From contig JAGQOC010000076.1 of NCBI GenBank assembly GCA_020427745.1, positions 1 to 55,844 on the forward strand: 55,844 nt of DNA, written 5' to 3'. Under the pieces are notes generated by a model. It was not told where the DNA came from and did no database searches. It saw only the letters and a program-made list of their open reading frames with translations. Origin of the DNA: Phycisphaerales bacterium (GTDB lineage Bacteria; Planctomycetota; Phycisphaerae; Phycisphaerales; UBA1924). This document shows positions 34,329 through 44,686 of the stretch, one piece after another. The position numbers and the translations under genes were made by a program. Numbering within the stretch: the first letter of the stretch is position 1; every line of letters starts with the position of its first letter.

Positions 34329-34967
34329 ATGGATCAAAATTCGACCACCATGCGGCATATGTGCACCAACCCACCGCCCAACCCGGACCTCACCATCCTG
34401 CTCCAACGGGCGTCGGACGGCGATCACGCGGCGACCGACGAACTGCTCCCGATGGTCTACGAGCAGCTCCGCTCGATCGCCCGGGTCCATATGGCGGGCG
34501 AGCGAGCGGAGCACACGCTGCAGGCGACGGCCCTCGTCCACGAGGCGTATGTGCGGATGCTCGGGCCGAGCGAGGCCGCGTTCGAGAACCGCAGGCATTT
34601 CTTCTTCGCTGCCGCGGAGGCAATGCGCCGCATCCTGATCGACCACGCTCGCGCACGCGCGGCCGTCAAACGCGGGGGCCCGAAGCGGCGGAGGGTTGAT
34701 CTGGACATCTCCGCGATCGCGGATCTCGCCAATGAAGACAAATCCGACGAGATCATTGCGCTCGACGACGCACTCCAACGCCTAGAGGGTGAGCGTCCGC
34801 GTATCGCTCGGGTGGTTAAGCTGCGTTTTTATTGCGGCATGAGCATCGACGAGACCGCGGGCATGCTCGGGGTCTCGTCGCGCACGGTGGATCTCGACTG
34901 GAGCTTCGCTCGTGCGTGGCTGTTCCGTGCGCTCTCCGATGACTCCCATAGGGAAGAAACACCATGA
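34329..34967 (+). CDS. ECF-type RNA polymerase sigma factor (ECF sigma family typical of Planctomycetes)
   Basis: LTILLQRASDGDHAATDELLPMVYEQLRSIARVHMAGERAEHTLQATALVHEAYVRML plus a region-4 HTH (MSIDETAGMLGVSSRTVDLDWSFARAWL). The start is uncertain (GTG 34305 / ATG 34329 / 34350). Confidence 0.85.
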   Translation: MDQNSTTMRHMCTNPPPNPDLTILLQRASDGDHAATDELLPMVYEQLRSIARVHMAGERAEHTLQATALVHEAYVRMLGPSEAAFENRRHFFFAAAEAMRRILIDHARARAAVKRGGPKRRRVDLDISAIADLANEDKSDEIIALDDALQRLEGERPRIARVVKLRFYCGMSIDETAGMLGVSSRTVDLDWSFARAWLFRALSDDSHREETP

Positions 34968-37654
34968 ACGAACCGGTCGACCGCGAGCAGGAGATCTTTG
35001 CCGAGGCGCTCGAGCGGAAGCCAGAACTCCGCGCGGCGTATCTTGATAGCGTGTGCGCCGGCGACCCTGAGCTCCGAGAACAGATCGATTCGCTGCTCAG
35101 CGCGATGGACGGCGCGGGCAGCGCGGGGTTTCTCGACCAACCCACCGGGGGGCTGGGCGACACCCCGAACCCCGATGCCCTCAGCAGGGGCTTGGACGAG
35201 GAGCACCCGGGCGCGATCATCGGGCGATACAAACTCGTTTCAGCGATCGGGCAGGGCGGGTTCGGGACGGTCTATAAGGCAGAACAGACCGAGCCGATCC
35301 AACGCGCCGTCGCGCTCAAGATCATCAAGCTCGGGATGGACACGCGACAGGTGATCTCCCGGTTCGAGGCCGAACGCCAGGCGCTCGCGATGATGGACCA
35401 CCCCTCGATCGCCGCGGTCTACGACGCCGGCGCGACCGCCAGCGGACGCCCGTACTTCGTCATGGAGCTCGTCCGCGGCGCGCCGATCACGGTGTTCTGC
35501 GATGAGCGAAAACTCAGCATCCCGGACCGGCTCGCGTTGTTCCAGGATGTCTGTGCCGCGGTCCAGCACGCGCACCAGAAGGGGGTCATCCACCGCGATC
35601 TCAAGCCGAGCAATGTGCTTGTCGGCGAACACGACGGACGCTTCATCCCCAAGGTGATCGACTTCGGGATCGCCAAAGCGACCGGGCCGGGCGTGGAGCC
35701 CGAGGTGACGATGACCGTGCACGGGCGCGCGATCGGCACGCCCGCGTATATGTCACCCGAGCAGGCACGCAGCGACGGCGCGGGGATCGACACGCGGACA
35801 GACATCTATTCCCTCGGCGTGCTGCTCTACGAGTTGCTGACCGGGACGACACCGTTCCTCGACACCGATCTCCGCAGCAAGCCCTACGCGGACATGATCC
35901 AGATGATCACGGACCAGGACCCGCCCAAGCCGAGTGATCGTGTGTCGTCGCTGTCGACGGCCGCGAACACGGACGGGACACGCCAGTTCCGTGGGCCGCT
36001 CGCGAGCGACCTGGACTGGATCGTGATGCGCTGTCTCGAAAAGGACCCGTCACGCCGATACGAAACGGTCAGCGGTCTCGCGGAGGACATCGAGCGTTAT
36101 CTCTCCAACGAACCCGTCAGCGCGCGCCCCCCATCGGGCGCGTACAGGTTCCGCAAGTTTGTCCAGCGGAACCGTGGGCAGGTCATTGCGGGCTCGGCCC
36201 TCCTCGGTGTGCTCCTGCTCGGGATCGCGGGAACCACATGGGGGTTGGTTTGGGCACTCGATGAACGCGCATCCGCCCGGCAGGCCGCGGAGGACGAACT
36301 CGCGGCCCAGATCGCGGCAACAACCGCCGCGGAACAGGCGAAGCTCGAAGCAGAACGTGCAGCACAAGAGGCGGAGACCTCGGAAGAACTCAGCCGGTTC
36401 TTTATCCTCGATGTGCTCTCCGCCGCGGATCCCGCTCGGACGGCCAACCGCGAGTTGACCGTCCGAGAGGCGCTGATGAACGCCTCGGAGAACATCGAGG
36501 GACGCTTCGAGGATCGCCCCGACATCGAAGAAAAGATCCAGAACGCGCTCGGGTACCTCTTCGGTCGTCTCGGGCTGGTCGATCTCGCGGAGAAACACCA
36601 CCGGCGTGAATGGGCCCTGACCGAACAGCAGCGCGGCGAGGACTCCTTCGAAGCCGCACGCATCATGCACAGCGTCGTCGGGGACCTCGCCATGCGCGAG
36701 CAGGACGACGAGGCGATCGAGCTCTCCAAACGACAGCTCAAGATTCTCGACCAGCTCGACACCCCCGAGGCCGCTCAGCTGCGCACAAGGGTAATCGGGA
36801 ATCTCGGTGCCCTGCTCGTCAGGGCGGGGCGGATCGTCGAAGCCGCCCCGATTCTGGAGGACACCCTGCGAACCAAGCGCGAGCTCTACGGCGACAGGCA
36901 CCCAACCACGCTGACAAGCATCGAAGCGATCTCGGTCGTCCTGAGACAGACCGGGGACACCGAGCGTGCGTTGCCGCTCGCGGAGGAGGCATACGACGGG
37001 CAAACCGAAGTCCTGGGCGAGGGTGATCCCCGGACACTCAACTCGCTGGTCAACCTTGCGCAGACCTATACAGCGCTCGATCGGCTTGATGACGCACGGT
37101 CGCTGCTGACTTCCGGTGTGGACCGCGCCCTTGAACGCCTTGGGAATCTGCACCCAACCACGATCTATCTCCGGAACCACGCCGCACTCTCGCTGTTCAA
37201 CCTGGGTGATTTCGAGGGTGCGGAGAAAGAGATCCTCGCGCTGATGCCGGATGTTGAATCGGTGGACCCGGAGATGCTCCAGCAGCAGAGCCGCACGATG
37301 CTCTCGACACTCGCGAGCTGCTCGGTCAAAGAAGGACGCATCGAGGACGCGCTGGAGTCCGCGGAGCGGGCGCTCGCATCCGCGCGCGCGGTCTACCCGG
37401 ATGGGGATATCCGGCTCAGCGATTATCTGAAACTCCGGGGCGACATCCTCCGCGATCTCGAGCGATTCGCGGATGCCGAGGGTGCCCTGCTCGAAGCATG
37501 GAAATGTACGGATCGCGAAGACATCGCGGACGAGCAATCCGGCCCGATCCTCCGATCGATCGTGAGGCTCTACGAGGCTTGGGACGCCTCGGAGCCCGAC
37601 CAGGGACACCGGGAACAGATCGAGCTCTGGCGATCTCGTCTCTCACCCGGCTGA
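34964..37654 (+). CDS. Ser/Thr protein kinase with a TM helix and C-terminal TPR repeats
   Basis: ATGA overlap with the sigma gene. GQGGFGTVYKA, VALKII, HRDLKPSNVLV, DFGIAKA and GTPAYMSPEQ motifs. TM segment VIAGSALLGVLLLGIAGTTWGLVWAL. TPR-like C-terminal half. Confidence 0.9.
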   Translation: MNEPVDREQEIFAEALERKPELRAAYLDSVCAGDPELREQIDSLLSAMDGAGSAGFLDQPTGGLGDTPNPDALSRGLDEEHPGAIIGRYKLVSAIGQGGFGTVYKAEQTEPIQRAVALKIIKLGMDTRQVISRFEAERQALAMMDHPSIAAVYDAGATASGRPYFVMELVRGAPITVFCDERKLSIPDRLALFQDVCAAVQHAHQKGVIHRDLKPSNVLVGEHDGRFIPKVIDFGIAKATGPGVEPEVTMTVHGRAIGTPAYMSPEQARSDGAGIDTRTDIYSLGVLLYELLTGTTPFLDTDLRSKPYADMIQMITDQDPPKPSDRVSSLSTAANTDGTRQFRGPLASDLDWIVMRCLEKDPSRRYETVSGLAEDIERYLSNEPVSARPPSGAYRFRKFVQRNRGQVIAGSALLGVLLLGIAGTTWGLVWALDERASARQAAEDELAAQIAATTAAEQAKLEAERAAQEAETSEELSRFFILDVLSAADPARTANRELTVREALMNASENIEGRFEDRPDIEEKIQNALGYLFGRLGLVDLAEKHHRREWALTEQQRGEDSFEAARIMHSVVGDLAMREQDDEAIELSKRQLKILDQLDTPEAAQLRTRVIGNLGALLVRAGRIVEAAPILEDTLRTKRELYGDRHPTTLTSIEAISVVLRQTGDTERALPLAEEAYDGQTEVLGEGDPRTLNSLVNLAQTYTALDRLDDARSLLTSGVDRALERLGNLHPTTIYLRNHAALSLFNLGDFEGAEKEILALMPDVESVDPEMLQQQSRTMLSTLASCSVKEGRIEDALESAERALASARAVYPDGDIRLSDYLKLRGDILRDLERFADAEGALLEAWKCTDREDIADEQSGPILRSIVRLYEAWDASEPDQGHREQIELWRSRLSPG

Positions 37655-37851
37655 GCACCCGATCTTCATCCGATCGTCCCGCCGCTCCCCTTGGAATCTC
37701 TTGGGATCGCCCCCCAATCCAAAGCCCATGAATTTCCTCGAGCCGGTTGCGCCCATGGCCCGGGCTTCTCGCATGACCCTCTGTGGGATCCGTCTTTCTG
37801 GAGAAACCGGGCGGATCCGGAGCGTCATACGCACAACCACGAGGAGCACCC

Positions 37852-40809
37852 GTGAACACCAACCAAAAACTGAGTAACCAACGACTGACGAGGGCGGCTC
37901 AGCTCGCCGCGCTCGGCGTGATCTTCCCTATACATACTCTCGCGAGCAGCACGGTCGAGTCCGAAGCAATCGCGTACAACCCTGTCGACAACGCCCGGAT
38001 CGTCGGCAGCGCCGAGGAGCCGATGCTCGTCGTCCCCATGCAGGTCCCCGGATGGGCCGACGAACTCGGCGTCACCAAAGCCGAGCGCGTGTATAAAGGC
38101 ATCTGCGGCCCGAACGGCGCGCACGCGAGCGTCCTGGACCTGTTCCGTCACGCGGACCGCGACCTCCAGCAGATGAACAATCCGCTTCGCGGGACGACCA
38201 GCGAGCTGGTCGGTGAATCGCCCGCGTTCAACATGAGTTATGACACGCAGGACATCACCCTCGTTGCGTTTTATCTGCCAACGATCCGCCGAGCCATCAA
38301 CTACATCGACAGCTCGATCGACAACCGCGTGGAGATCGGCGCGACGCTCGCGCTCTTTGATTTCAGCTCGGATGCCGATCCGGACAACGATGATGTCATC
38401 GGGTCCGCGGGATCCGCGCGGTTCACCATCCCCTGGTCGGTCTATGTCGAGGGTCTGCGGAGCCAATCGTTGCGCGATGACCCGGACTTTGCGAACGCGC
38501 TGCCGAGTTCATCGGTGAATGTGCTCTACAACGGATCAACCTCGAGCAGCGTCGAGACCGAGGTCGTTGTCACCATGGCACAGCTCCGCGCGATCTTCGG
38601 CGATACCGTCGTTCCTCAGGGACAGGCGGTCTCGATCACCTTCAACTCATCCATCGGCTGGAACTTCTTCGGATGCGACATTGATCCCGTCGGGTCCCAG
38701 AGCTCACTGATCGATGTCGCGGTCCACGAGTTCACGCACGCGATGGGCTTCACCAGCGGGATCGCCGAAGGCGGGAACAACTCGAACAACCAGATCCAGG
38801 GGCTCGATGTCGCGCGGTTCCGGGCGGGGAACCTGCCCTTCTCGCTCGCGGCATTCGGCACAAACCCCCGGCTCGGCGAGAGCTTCACCGCGGAACCCCA
38901 CTTCTACAGCAGCTTCCCGAACGCCTTCACCACCACGCTCGAATCGGGCGATGACAACCAGCCCTCGCACCTCATCTATATCGCGAACTTCGCCGACAAG
39001 CTGGGCGTGATGGACCCGGTCCTCACCAACGGGCACACCCACTGCCCGAGCTTCTACACCAACGCGGACATCCAGCCGCTCGACGACATGGGGTGGCGCC
39101 CGATCATCGCCAACGGCTTCCAGGACTGCAACGGGAATGTGATCCCCGACTTTGTCGACATCCTCAACGGGACCTCGCAGGATGTCGACAACGACCTGAT
39201 CCCCGACGAGTGCGAGACTTTTACCGCCGGCAGCCCCAACCCAACCAGCGGGATTCAGGGCGTGACGCGGACGATCTACGAGACACCCGGGCTTGCAAGC
39301 CTCGCATCGTTCAATCCGAACGGATCGGGGGTCAACACGATCGTCAGCGATACGCTCCCGACGATGCTCTCGTTCTACAACCACGGCACGAACGCGACTC
39401 GCGTGAGCGTCTTTGAGTTCGAGATGTTCATCCCCGCGCGGGACGAGTTCGCCTTCAGGATCGCGCACCCCGACGATATGGACCTCATGATCGACGGCAC
39501 TTTGATCGGGAGCTCAACCACCGGGGGGAGCCTGACCCGGTCGACCGGCTCGTCGGGCAACTCGACGATCCTATCCAAGCAGATGTTTGCCCAACTCGAC
39601 GCCGGGTGGCACACCGTGCGGATCCGCGGCTTGAGCAGCAACTCGCAGCCCACCTTCGACTTCATCCGCGAGGCACGCTCGCTCGACTGGCAGCAGCCCC
39701 CGACCAACAACCTCCGCGTGCTCAACTGGTCGGACTGCGACAACAATGGCACAAACGACTTCCTCGACGAGGAATCGGACTTCAACTTCAATAATCTCAC
39801 CAGCGTCGGCACCATCGCCGATGCGTTCGAGCCGATCACATTCTCGACCTGCGGGAGCAACTTCGATACCGAGATCGTCATCTGGGATCTCTTCGGCGAC
39901 GTCGTCACGCAGAACGACGATTTCTGCGGCCCGGCGCCCGCCCGCCAGAGCCAGGTCGATGTCAACCTCCCCGCGGGGCAGTACATCGTCGGGATCACGG
40001 GGTACAACGCCGTCTTCGGCAGCGGGTTCTCCGTCGATCGTCCCAGTGGGTGCGCCGAGGGCGGGGACTACGAGTTCCATATCACCGCACCCGTCGGCAA
40101 CTACAACGAGTCCAACACACTGGGCAGCAGCCGCACACGCATCCTGACCTTCTTCGTCGGTGAGGCCGACTGCGACAACGACGGCATCCCCGACGACCAG
40201 GAACTCGACTGCGACGGCAACGGCATTCCCGATGACTGCGAGATCCCCACAGTCGCCGACGCGGACAACAACGATATCGGCACCGTCGGCAACGAGGGCG
40301 AGATCATCACGATCACAACCTGCGGCAGCGACTTCGACACAGAAATCGCGGTCTGGGATGAATCGGGCCTGCTCGTTGATGAGAACGACGATTTCTGCGG
40401 ACCCGGATTCGGATTGCAGAGCCAGCTCGATCTGATGCTCGATGAAGGCGTGTACTATGTCGCCGTGGCGGGATACAACGCGATCTTCAGCAACGGATTC
40501 GGTATCCAGATCAATGCGGGCGGCAACTGCAGCGAAGGCGGCATACTCGATATCTCCGTCGGGAGCTATGTGGACAACAACCAGACAGTCCCGCCCGGTC
40601 GTGTCGGGTTCGCACGGTTCCATGTCGGGCCCGCCGCGGGGTGTGCCGCGGACTTCACGGGCGACGGCACACTCGATGTCTTCGATGTCTTTGCCTTCCT
40701 CAACGCCTTCAACACGGGCGATCCCTCCGCGGACTTCACCGGGGATGGGAGCTTCGACATCTTCGATGTCTTCGCCTATCTCGACGCCTTCAACGCAGGC
40801 TGCCCATAA
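37852..40809 (+). CDS. Large secreted HExxH metalloprotease-like protein with duplicated PPC-like modules and a C-terminal double GC-type dockerin
   Basis: GAGGAG Shine-Dalgarno 5 nt before GTG 37852. VAVHEFTHAMGF. Two copies of TCGS(N/D)FDTEI..WD...NDDFCG...GYNA.F. C-terminus ...FLNAFNTGDPSADFTGDGSFDIFDVFAYLDAFNAGCP. Confidence 0.8.
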   Translation: MNTNQKLSNQRLTRAAQLAALGVIFPIHTLASSTVESEAIAYNPVDNARIVGSAEEPMLVVPMQVPGWADELGVTKAERVYKGICGPNGAHASVLDLFRHADRDLQQMNNPLRGTTSELVGESPAFNMSYDTQDITLVAFYLPTIRRAINYIDSSIDNRVEIGATLALFDFSSDADPDNDDVIGSAGSARFTIPWSVYVEGLRSQSLRDDPDFANALPSSSVNVLYNGSTSSSVETEVVVTMAQLRAIFGDTVVPQGQAVSITFNSSIGWNFFGCDIDPVGSQSSLIDVAVHEFTHAMGFTSGIAEGGNNSNNQIQGLDVARFRAGNLPFSLAAFGTNPRLGESFTAEPHFYSSFPNAFTTTLESGDDNQPSHLIYIANFADKLGVMDPVLTNGHTHCPSFYTNADIQPLDDMGWRPIIANGFQDCNGNVIPDFVDILNGTSQDVDNDLIPDECETFTAGSPNPTSGIQGVTRTIYETPGLASLASFNPNGSGVNTIVSDTLPTMLSFYNHGTNATRVSVFEFEMFIPARDEFAFRIAHPDDMDLMIDGTLIGSSTTGGSLTRSTGSSGNSTILSKQMFAQLDAGWHTVRIRGLSSNSQPTFDFIREARSLDWQQPPTNNLRVLNWSDCDNNGTNDFLDEESDFNFNNLTSVGTIADAFEPITFSTCGSNFDTEIVIWDLFGDVVTQNDDFCGPAPARQSQVDVNLPAGQYIVGITGYNAVFGSGFSVDRPSGCAEGGDYEFHITAPVGNYNESNTLGSSRTRILTFFVGEADCDNDGIPDDQELDCDGNGIPDDCEIPTVADADNNDIGTVGNEGEIITITTCGSDFDTEIAVWDESGLLVDENDDFCGPGFGLQSQLDLMLDEGVYYVAVAGYNAIFSNGFGIQINAGGNCSEGGILDISVGSYVDNNQTVPPGRVGFARFHVGPAAGCAADFTGDGTLDVFDVFAFLNAFNTGDPSADFTGDGSFDIFDVFAYLDAFNAGCP

Positions 40810-40835
40810 GCTCCGGGCCATCCCGGTAACCACAG

Positions 40836-40861
40836 AAAAACGGGCCCCGGCCCGTTTTTTC
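40836..40861. terminator. Bidirectional intrinsic terminator between convergent genes
   Basis: The sequence AAAAACGGGC-CCCG-GCCCGTTTTTT forms a GC stem flanked by an A-run and a T-run. Confidence 0.7.
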
Positions 40862-40937
40862 GTGCGCTGTTTCCGGCGGCAGGGGAACGCTCGTGTGTGT
40901 CTCCGCCCCAATGACGAAATGGAACAGGAAACTGAAC

Positions 40938-41573
40938 CTAGGACCCGATGCAGCCCGTCGCCGCTTCCGTGCTCTTGGAACACTCGGCACCACCCGCAAA
41001 GTAGCACTCGAGGATCGACGCCATCATTTCCCGCCCGCTCGCGATCCGCCCGACACGCTTCCACTGCACCGCGCTCAGCAGCTCTCTGAGCGGCTGGGCG
41101 ACCTTCGGAATGTTCGGCCAGGCATCCCGGAGATTGCCATCCCAGACCCCGTGGTACCGGGTCAGATCGTCGGGGTAGACAACCTTCCGCTCGGTGCCCT
41201 CGTCATACGCGTGGAACGGGTGCATGATATTGAGGTACCCGTAATCGTCGGTGAGCTCCTCGCCCGCACGGATATCGCGGATCGCGACCTCGAAGTTGTA
41301 CGCCGTGGTCAGGCAGTTGGACCGGAACGAGTGGTTGACGAACCGCGCGTGGTCCCAGCAGAGGACCCATCGACCATGCTGGTTGCGGAAGCAGTACTTG
41401 TCGAGCAGCTCGGTGTACGGCTCGCCAAATGTCTCGACCTGCTCGGGCTCAAACTCACGGTCCAGCTTGTCCTGAACCCAGGTAATCGTGCCCTTGGGAA
41501 TATCACGCGTGGCGACAACGCCATGCCCAATCTCTTCGCTGATGTAGCGAAGCTCGGTGTCGGGGTGCATCAT
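40938..41573 (-). CDS. SET-domain protein (putative protein-lysine methyltransferase)
   Basis: GHGVVATRDIPKGT, ARFVNHSFRSNC (the NHS motif) and AGEELTDDYGY (ELxxDY) are SET-domain signatures. Confidence 0.75.
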   Translation of the reverse strand: MMHPDTELRYISEEIGHGVVATRDIPKGTITWVQDKLDREFEPEQVETFGEPYTELLDKYCFRNQHGRWVLCWDHARFVNHSFRSNCLTTAYNFEVAIRDIRAGEELTDDYGYLNIMHPFHAYDEGTERKVVYPDDLTRYHGVWDGNLRDAWPNIPKVAQPLRELLSAVQWKRVGRIASGREMMASILECYFAGGAECSKSTEAATGCIGS

Positions 41574-41683
41574 GGTGAGCAGCCCTTGGTGTTGTCGCCG
41601 TCAGCCCAATTCGGAGCCCGCCAGGTGGGGCCACAGTGGCCCGGGTGCGCGTCGGGGCGGGGTGACGGTCGTCAACAAGGCGG

Positions 41684-41711
41684 GATAGTACAAAGTCGCC
41701 AAAGTTTTACA
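41684..41711 (-). promoter_or_regulatory. Sigma-70-like promoter candidate upstream of the SET-domain gene
   Basis: On the minus strand: TTGTAA, N16, TACTAT, in an AT-rich patch about 110 nt upstream of the ATG. Confidence 0.3.
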
Positions 41712-41734
41712 AGCACAAAATAAAAAATGTTGAT

Positions 41735-43339
41735 CTAGACGCCCGGCACAAACCGGGGATCGCCCCGCTCGTGGTCCCCGGCGTCCGCGACCTCGTCGTT
41801 GAGCCACTCGATCACCGCCGCCCACCCGAGGCTCTCCGGGTCGCCCCCGAAGTACCCCCCCACCACACCCGTCACCCGGAACCCGAGGTGGAGCTGGAAT
41901 GAGAGCGTCGGGTCATTCCGCCGGCCGTTGACGACCTCGATCGCGTACTCCTCCGCGCTCAGCGTGTCCGCAAACCGGTGGTACCCACGCAGTCGAGAGC
42001 CCGCAACGACACGCCAGAGCCCGAGCTGCCGCGCGAGATCGAACCGCCCACGCTTATACAAGCGACGCCCGATCCCCTGCCCCTGGAAGCCCGGGCGGAC
42101 CATGACATCCGCGGCGAACAGCGTGCTGCCGTTGATCGGGTCGTGGTTCGTGTAGTGCCCGCCCGCGGTCAGCGCGTTCCACGAGCTCGTGTCGGGCTGC
42201 TGGTCCCAGTCAATCACAAGCCCCGAGCACACACCCACGACCAGCCCCGAGCCCTGCTCGACCGCAACAAACTGCCCCTGCGGGAACACCGACAGATGCG
42301 ACTGGAGATACTCGTCGTCCCACGGCGAGATATCCGGGTAGATCAGACCCGCGATCTCGCTCACCCCCGCAAAGTGCTCGGGCGCGAGACTGCGGATCAC
42401 CACCCGCCGGCGCGGACGCTTCGGCCTCGCGGGCACCCCGGACCCGTCCGCGGTCGCGAGCTGCACCTCCTCGATGCGCGGCGGCTTCATGGCACGCCCG
42501 TCCCGGAGCGGGCGGACCGTCCCGTGCTGACGATTCCGCCGGAGCACATCCAGGGCAATCTCCCCGATCACCATCGTCTCCTGGTTCGCGATCCCCTCAG
42601 CGAGGATCCCGTCGCGTGCGAACGGGAAATCGCTCGGTGTCAGGATCGCCGCCTGCCCGTAGTTCAGCGAAACCGCGGGCACCATCGGGAGCGACCCGAC
42701 GGTCGAGGAGTGGACCACAAACATCTGGTTCTCGATCGCCCGTGCCTGAGCGCAGTAGCGCACACGGAGAAACCCCTGGCGGTCGTCGGTATAGCTCGGG
42801 ACCACCAGGATCACCGCCCCCGCCAGGGCCGCGGCCCGGCAGAGCTCGGGGAACTCGACATCGTAACAGATCGTGATCGCCACCCGTCCCATCGGGGTGT
42901 CAAAGAGCTTGAGTGTGTCACGCGGGCTGACACGCCAGGCCTCCTTCTCGAAACGGGTCATGTTGATCTTGCCCTGCGTTTCATGCGTCCCGTCCGGCGC
43001 GAAAAAATAGCTCTCGTTGTAGACCTTGTCGGGGTCGCTCGGGTCCGCGGTCGCGATGGAGCCCGCGACGATGTGTATGCCGCACTCGCGGGCGAGTGAC
43101 TCGAAGACCTCCAGATAGTCCGGCACACGACGGGAAAGATCGCGGATCTGCTCGTCCATCGGACGCCGAATATCGCCCAGCGTGAGCAACTGCACGGTGA
43201 AATACTCAGGAAAAACAAGCAGATCAGCGTCATAATCCGCGGCCGTATGCACCAAGCCCGCGACCTGCTCACGGAACTCGGAAAAGTCACGGATCGGACG
43301 GACAAAGTACTGCAGCGCAGCGATGCGGGCTCGGTTCAA
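41735..43339 (-). CDS. Carbon-nitrogen hydrolase (nitrilase superfamily) fused to a GNAT acetyltransferase domain
   Basis: N-terminal half has DLLVFPEYFT (Glu), KINMTRFE (Lys) and ITICYDVEFPE (Cys). C-terminal half has GNAT-like VRPGFQGQGIGRRLY. Confidence 0.8.
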   Translation of the reverse strand: MNRARIAALQYFVRPIRDFSEFREQVAGLVHTAADYDADLLVFPEYFTVQLLTLGDIRRPMDEQIRDLSRRVPDYLEVFESLARECGIHIVAGSIATADPSDPDKVYNESYFFAPDGTHETQGKINMTRFEKEAWRVSPRDTLKLFDTPMGRVAITICYDVEFPELCRAAALAGAVILVVPSYTDDRQGFLRVRYCAQARAIENQMFVVHSSTVGSLPMVPAVSLNYGQAAILTPSDFPFARDGILAEGIANQETMVIGEIALDVLRRNRQHGTVRPLRDGRAMKPPRIEEVQLATADGSGVPARPKRPRRRVVIRSLAPEHFAGVSEIAGLIYPDISPWDDEYLQSHLSVFPQGQFVAVEQGSGLVVGVCSGLVIDWDQQPDTSSWNALTAGGHYTNHDPINGSTLFAADVMVRPGFQGQGIGRRLYKRGRFDLARQLGLWRVVAGSRLRGYHRFADTLSAEEYAIEVVNGRRNDPTLSFQLHLGFRVTGVVGGYFGGDPESLGWAAVIEWLNDEVADAGDHERGDPRFVPGV

Positions 43340-43429
43340 GCGTGGACCCCCAGAGTGGACGACTCAGATCTCGGCGTATTCTACACCGGACCGGGCCGTC
43401 CCCGGCTGGGTGGCTGGCCAGCCTCATAC

Positions 43430-44530
43430 TTACGGCGTGTAGTCCACGCCGCTCAGCCCGCCACGCGTCCAGCGGTAACGAAGATCCAGCGGGGTCGGAT
43501 CCCCCAGTCCGTAGAACGGGAGCGGGAATGTGTGCAGCGGGGTGTACTTCTGCGTCCAGGGCGTGTCCTTGACGGGGTGATAGGACGAGGAGCCTTCGCC
43601 GGACGGGCGATCGTTGATCGAACCATCGAACATCAGCTTGAGCGGGCGTGCCGCGTCGTAGGCATAGTGCGGGATCACCGTGGCGCGTCCGTTCGAAAGC
43701 GGATTGCGACGATCATACTCCTCGTGGATATACACCTTGTTCGCGGGGAACACCACCGAGCCGAGCGTGTTGCCCTGCGGCAGCGGGGTGCCGCTCGCTG
43801 TGGACATAAAGAGATTCATCGAATCTTCGATCGGTGCATACTGCACCTGATCGCCCTGCGCCAACCACGCGGTCGGCACGGTCGCGTAGCTCGATGCGAA
43901 CGCCCAACGCTGACGCATGTTCTTCGATGCCCAGTACCCATCCTCCTCATAGCCACTCTGAATGATTTCTCCAGGAGCATACGGCACCGTGCTCCCCGCG
44001 TTGTAGTTCAGCTCATCCCGATGCCAGGTCAGCAGGTTGGTATCCATCGGGTCGACAAACATCTCGCCTGATGTTTTCGCACCGAGGTACGCCTGGAGAA
44101 CCAGATGCACAAACCGTCGGTGCGGGATGCGTGCCGAGAAACCTAAAATCTTATACGGCCCCTTGAGCCGTCCGGTCATCTCCATGAGGATCGCCTGATT
44201 CTGGAGAGCCGCGGCCTCCTGGTCAGAAGTTGCCCGCTTGAAGTTCCCATCCGGCAAGAGGTACCAGACATACGGCTCCGTCCCGACCGGCCCACGCCAT
44301 GTATAGGTCGGAATCCGATCAGCGTTGTCGCTGGCGTACATGCTCGTCCCGATGCCCTGGACATGCAGGTTGTTCGCGCTCAGCCGCGCCAGACGATCCC
44401 GCCACGCGCCGTTGAGCGTCGGCGCCGCAATCGCGCCCCCCACCACCACGATCGAGATCAGAACCGCGAGGTCGACCAATGAAAAACCGGGCCGACCAGA
44501 GTCGGACAAACGGTGTGCGGAGCGTGACAT
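43430..44530 (-). CDS. Prepilin-like N-terminal helix protein (pseudopilin/DUF1559-like), paralog 1
   Basis: Start ATG 44530. RPGFSLVDLAVLISIVVVGGAIAAP resembles a prepilin cleavage/methylation segment (Asp in place of Glu+5). Paralogous to 46513..47583. Confidence 0.6.
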   Translation of the reverse strand: MSRSAHRLSDSGRPGFSLVDLAVLISIVVVGGAIAAPTLNGAWRDRLARLSANNLHVQGIGTSMYASDNADRIPTYTWRGPVGTEPYVWYLLPDGNFKRATSDQEAAALQNQAILMEMTGRLKGPYKILGFSARIPHRRFVHLVLQAYLGAKTSGEMFVDPMDTNLLTWHRDELNYNAGSTVPYAPGEIIQSGYEEDGYWASKNMRQRWAFASSYATVPTAWLAQGDQVQYAPIEDSMNLFMSTASGTPLPQGNTLGSVVFPANKVYIHEEYDRRNPLSNGRATVIPHYAYDAARPLKLMFDGSINDRPSGEGSSSYHPVKDTPWTQKYTPLHTFPLPFYGLGDPTPLDLRYRWTRGGLSGVDYTP

Positions 44531-44686
44531 GCGAAACCCTCGGGAGGTGCGTGGATGATCGATCGTCCCATCGTGTATCCGTCCGCGGCAAGAGCCCGGT
44601 TCCCGATCAACGCATGGAATCAACCAAAGGAGCACCCAAAGCCCGAACACCCCCCCGGAAGATGCAGAGGAACCGGCTGATTGGGG

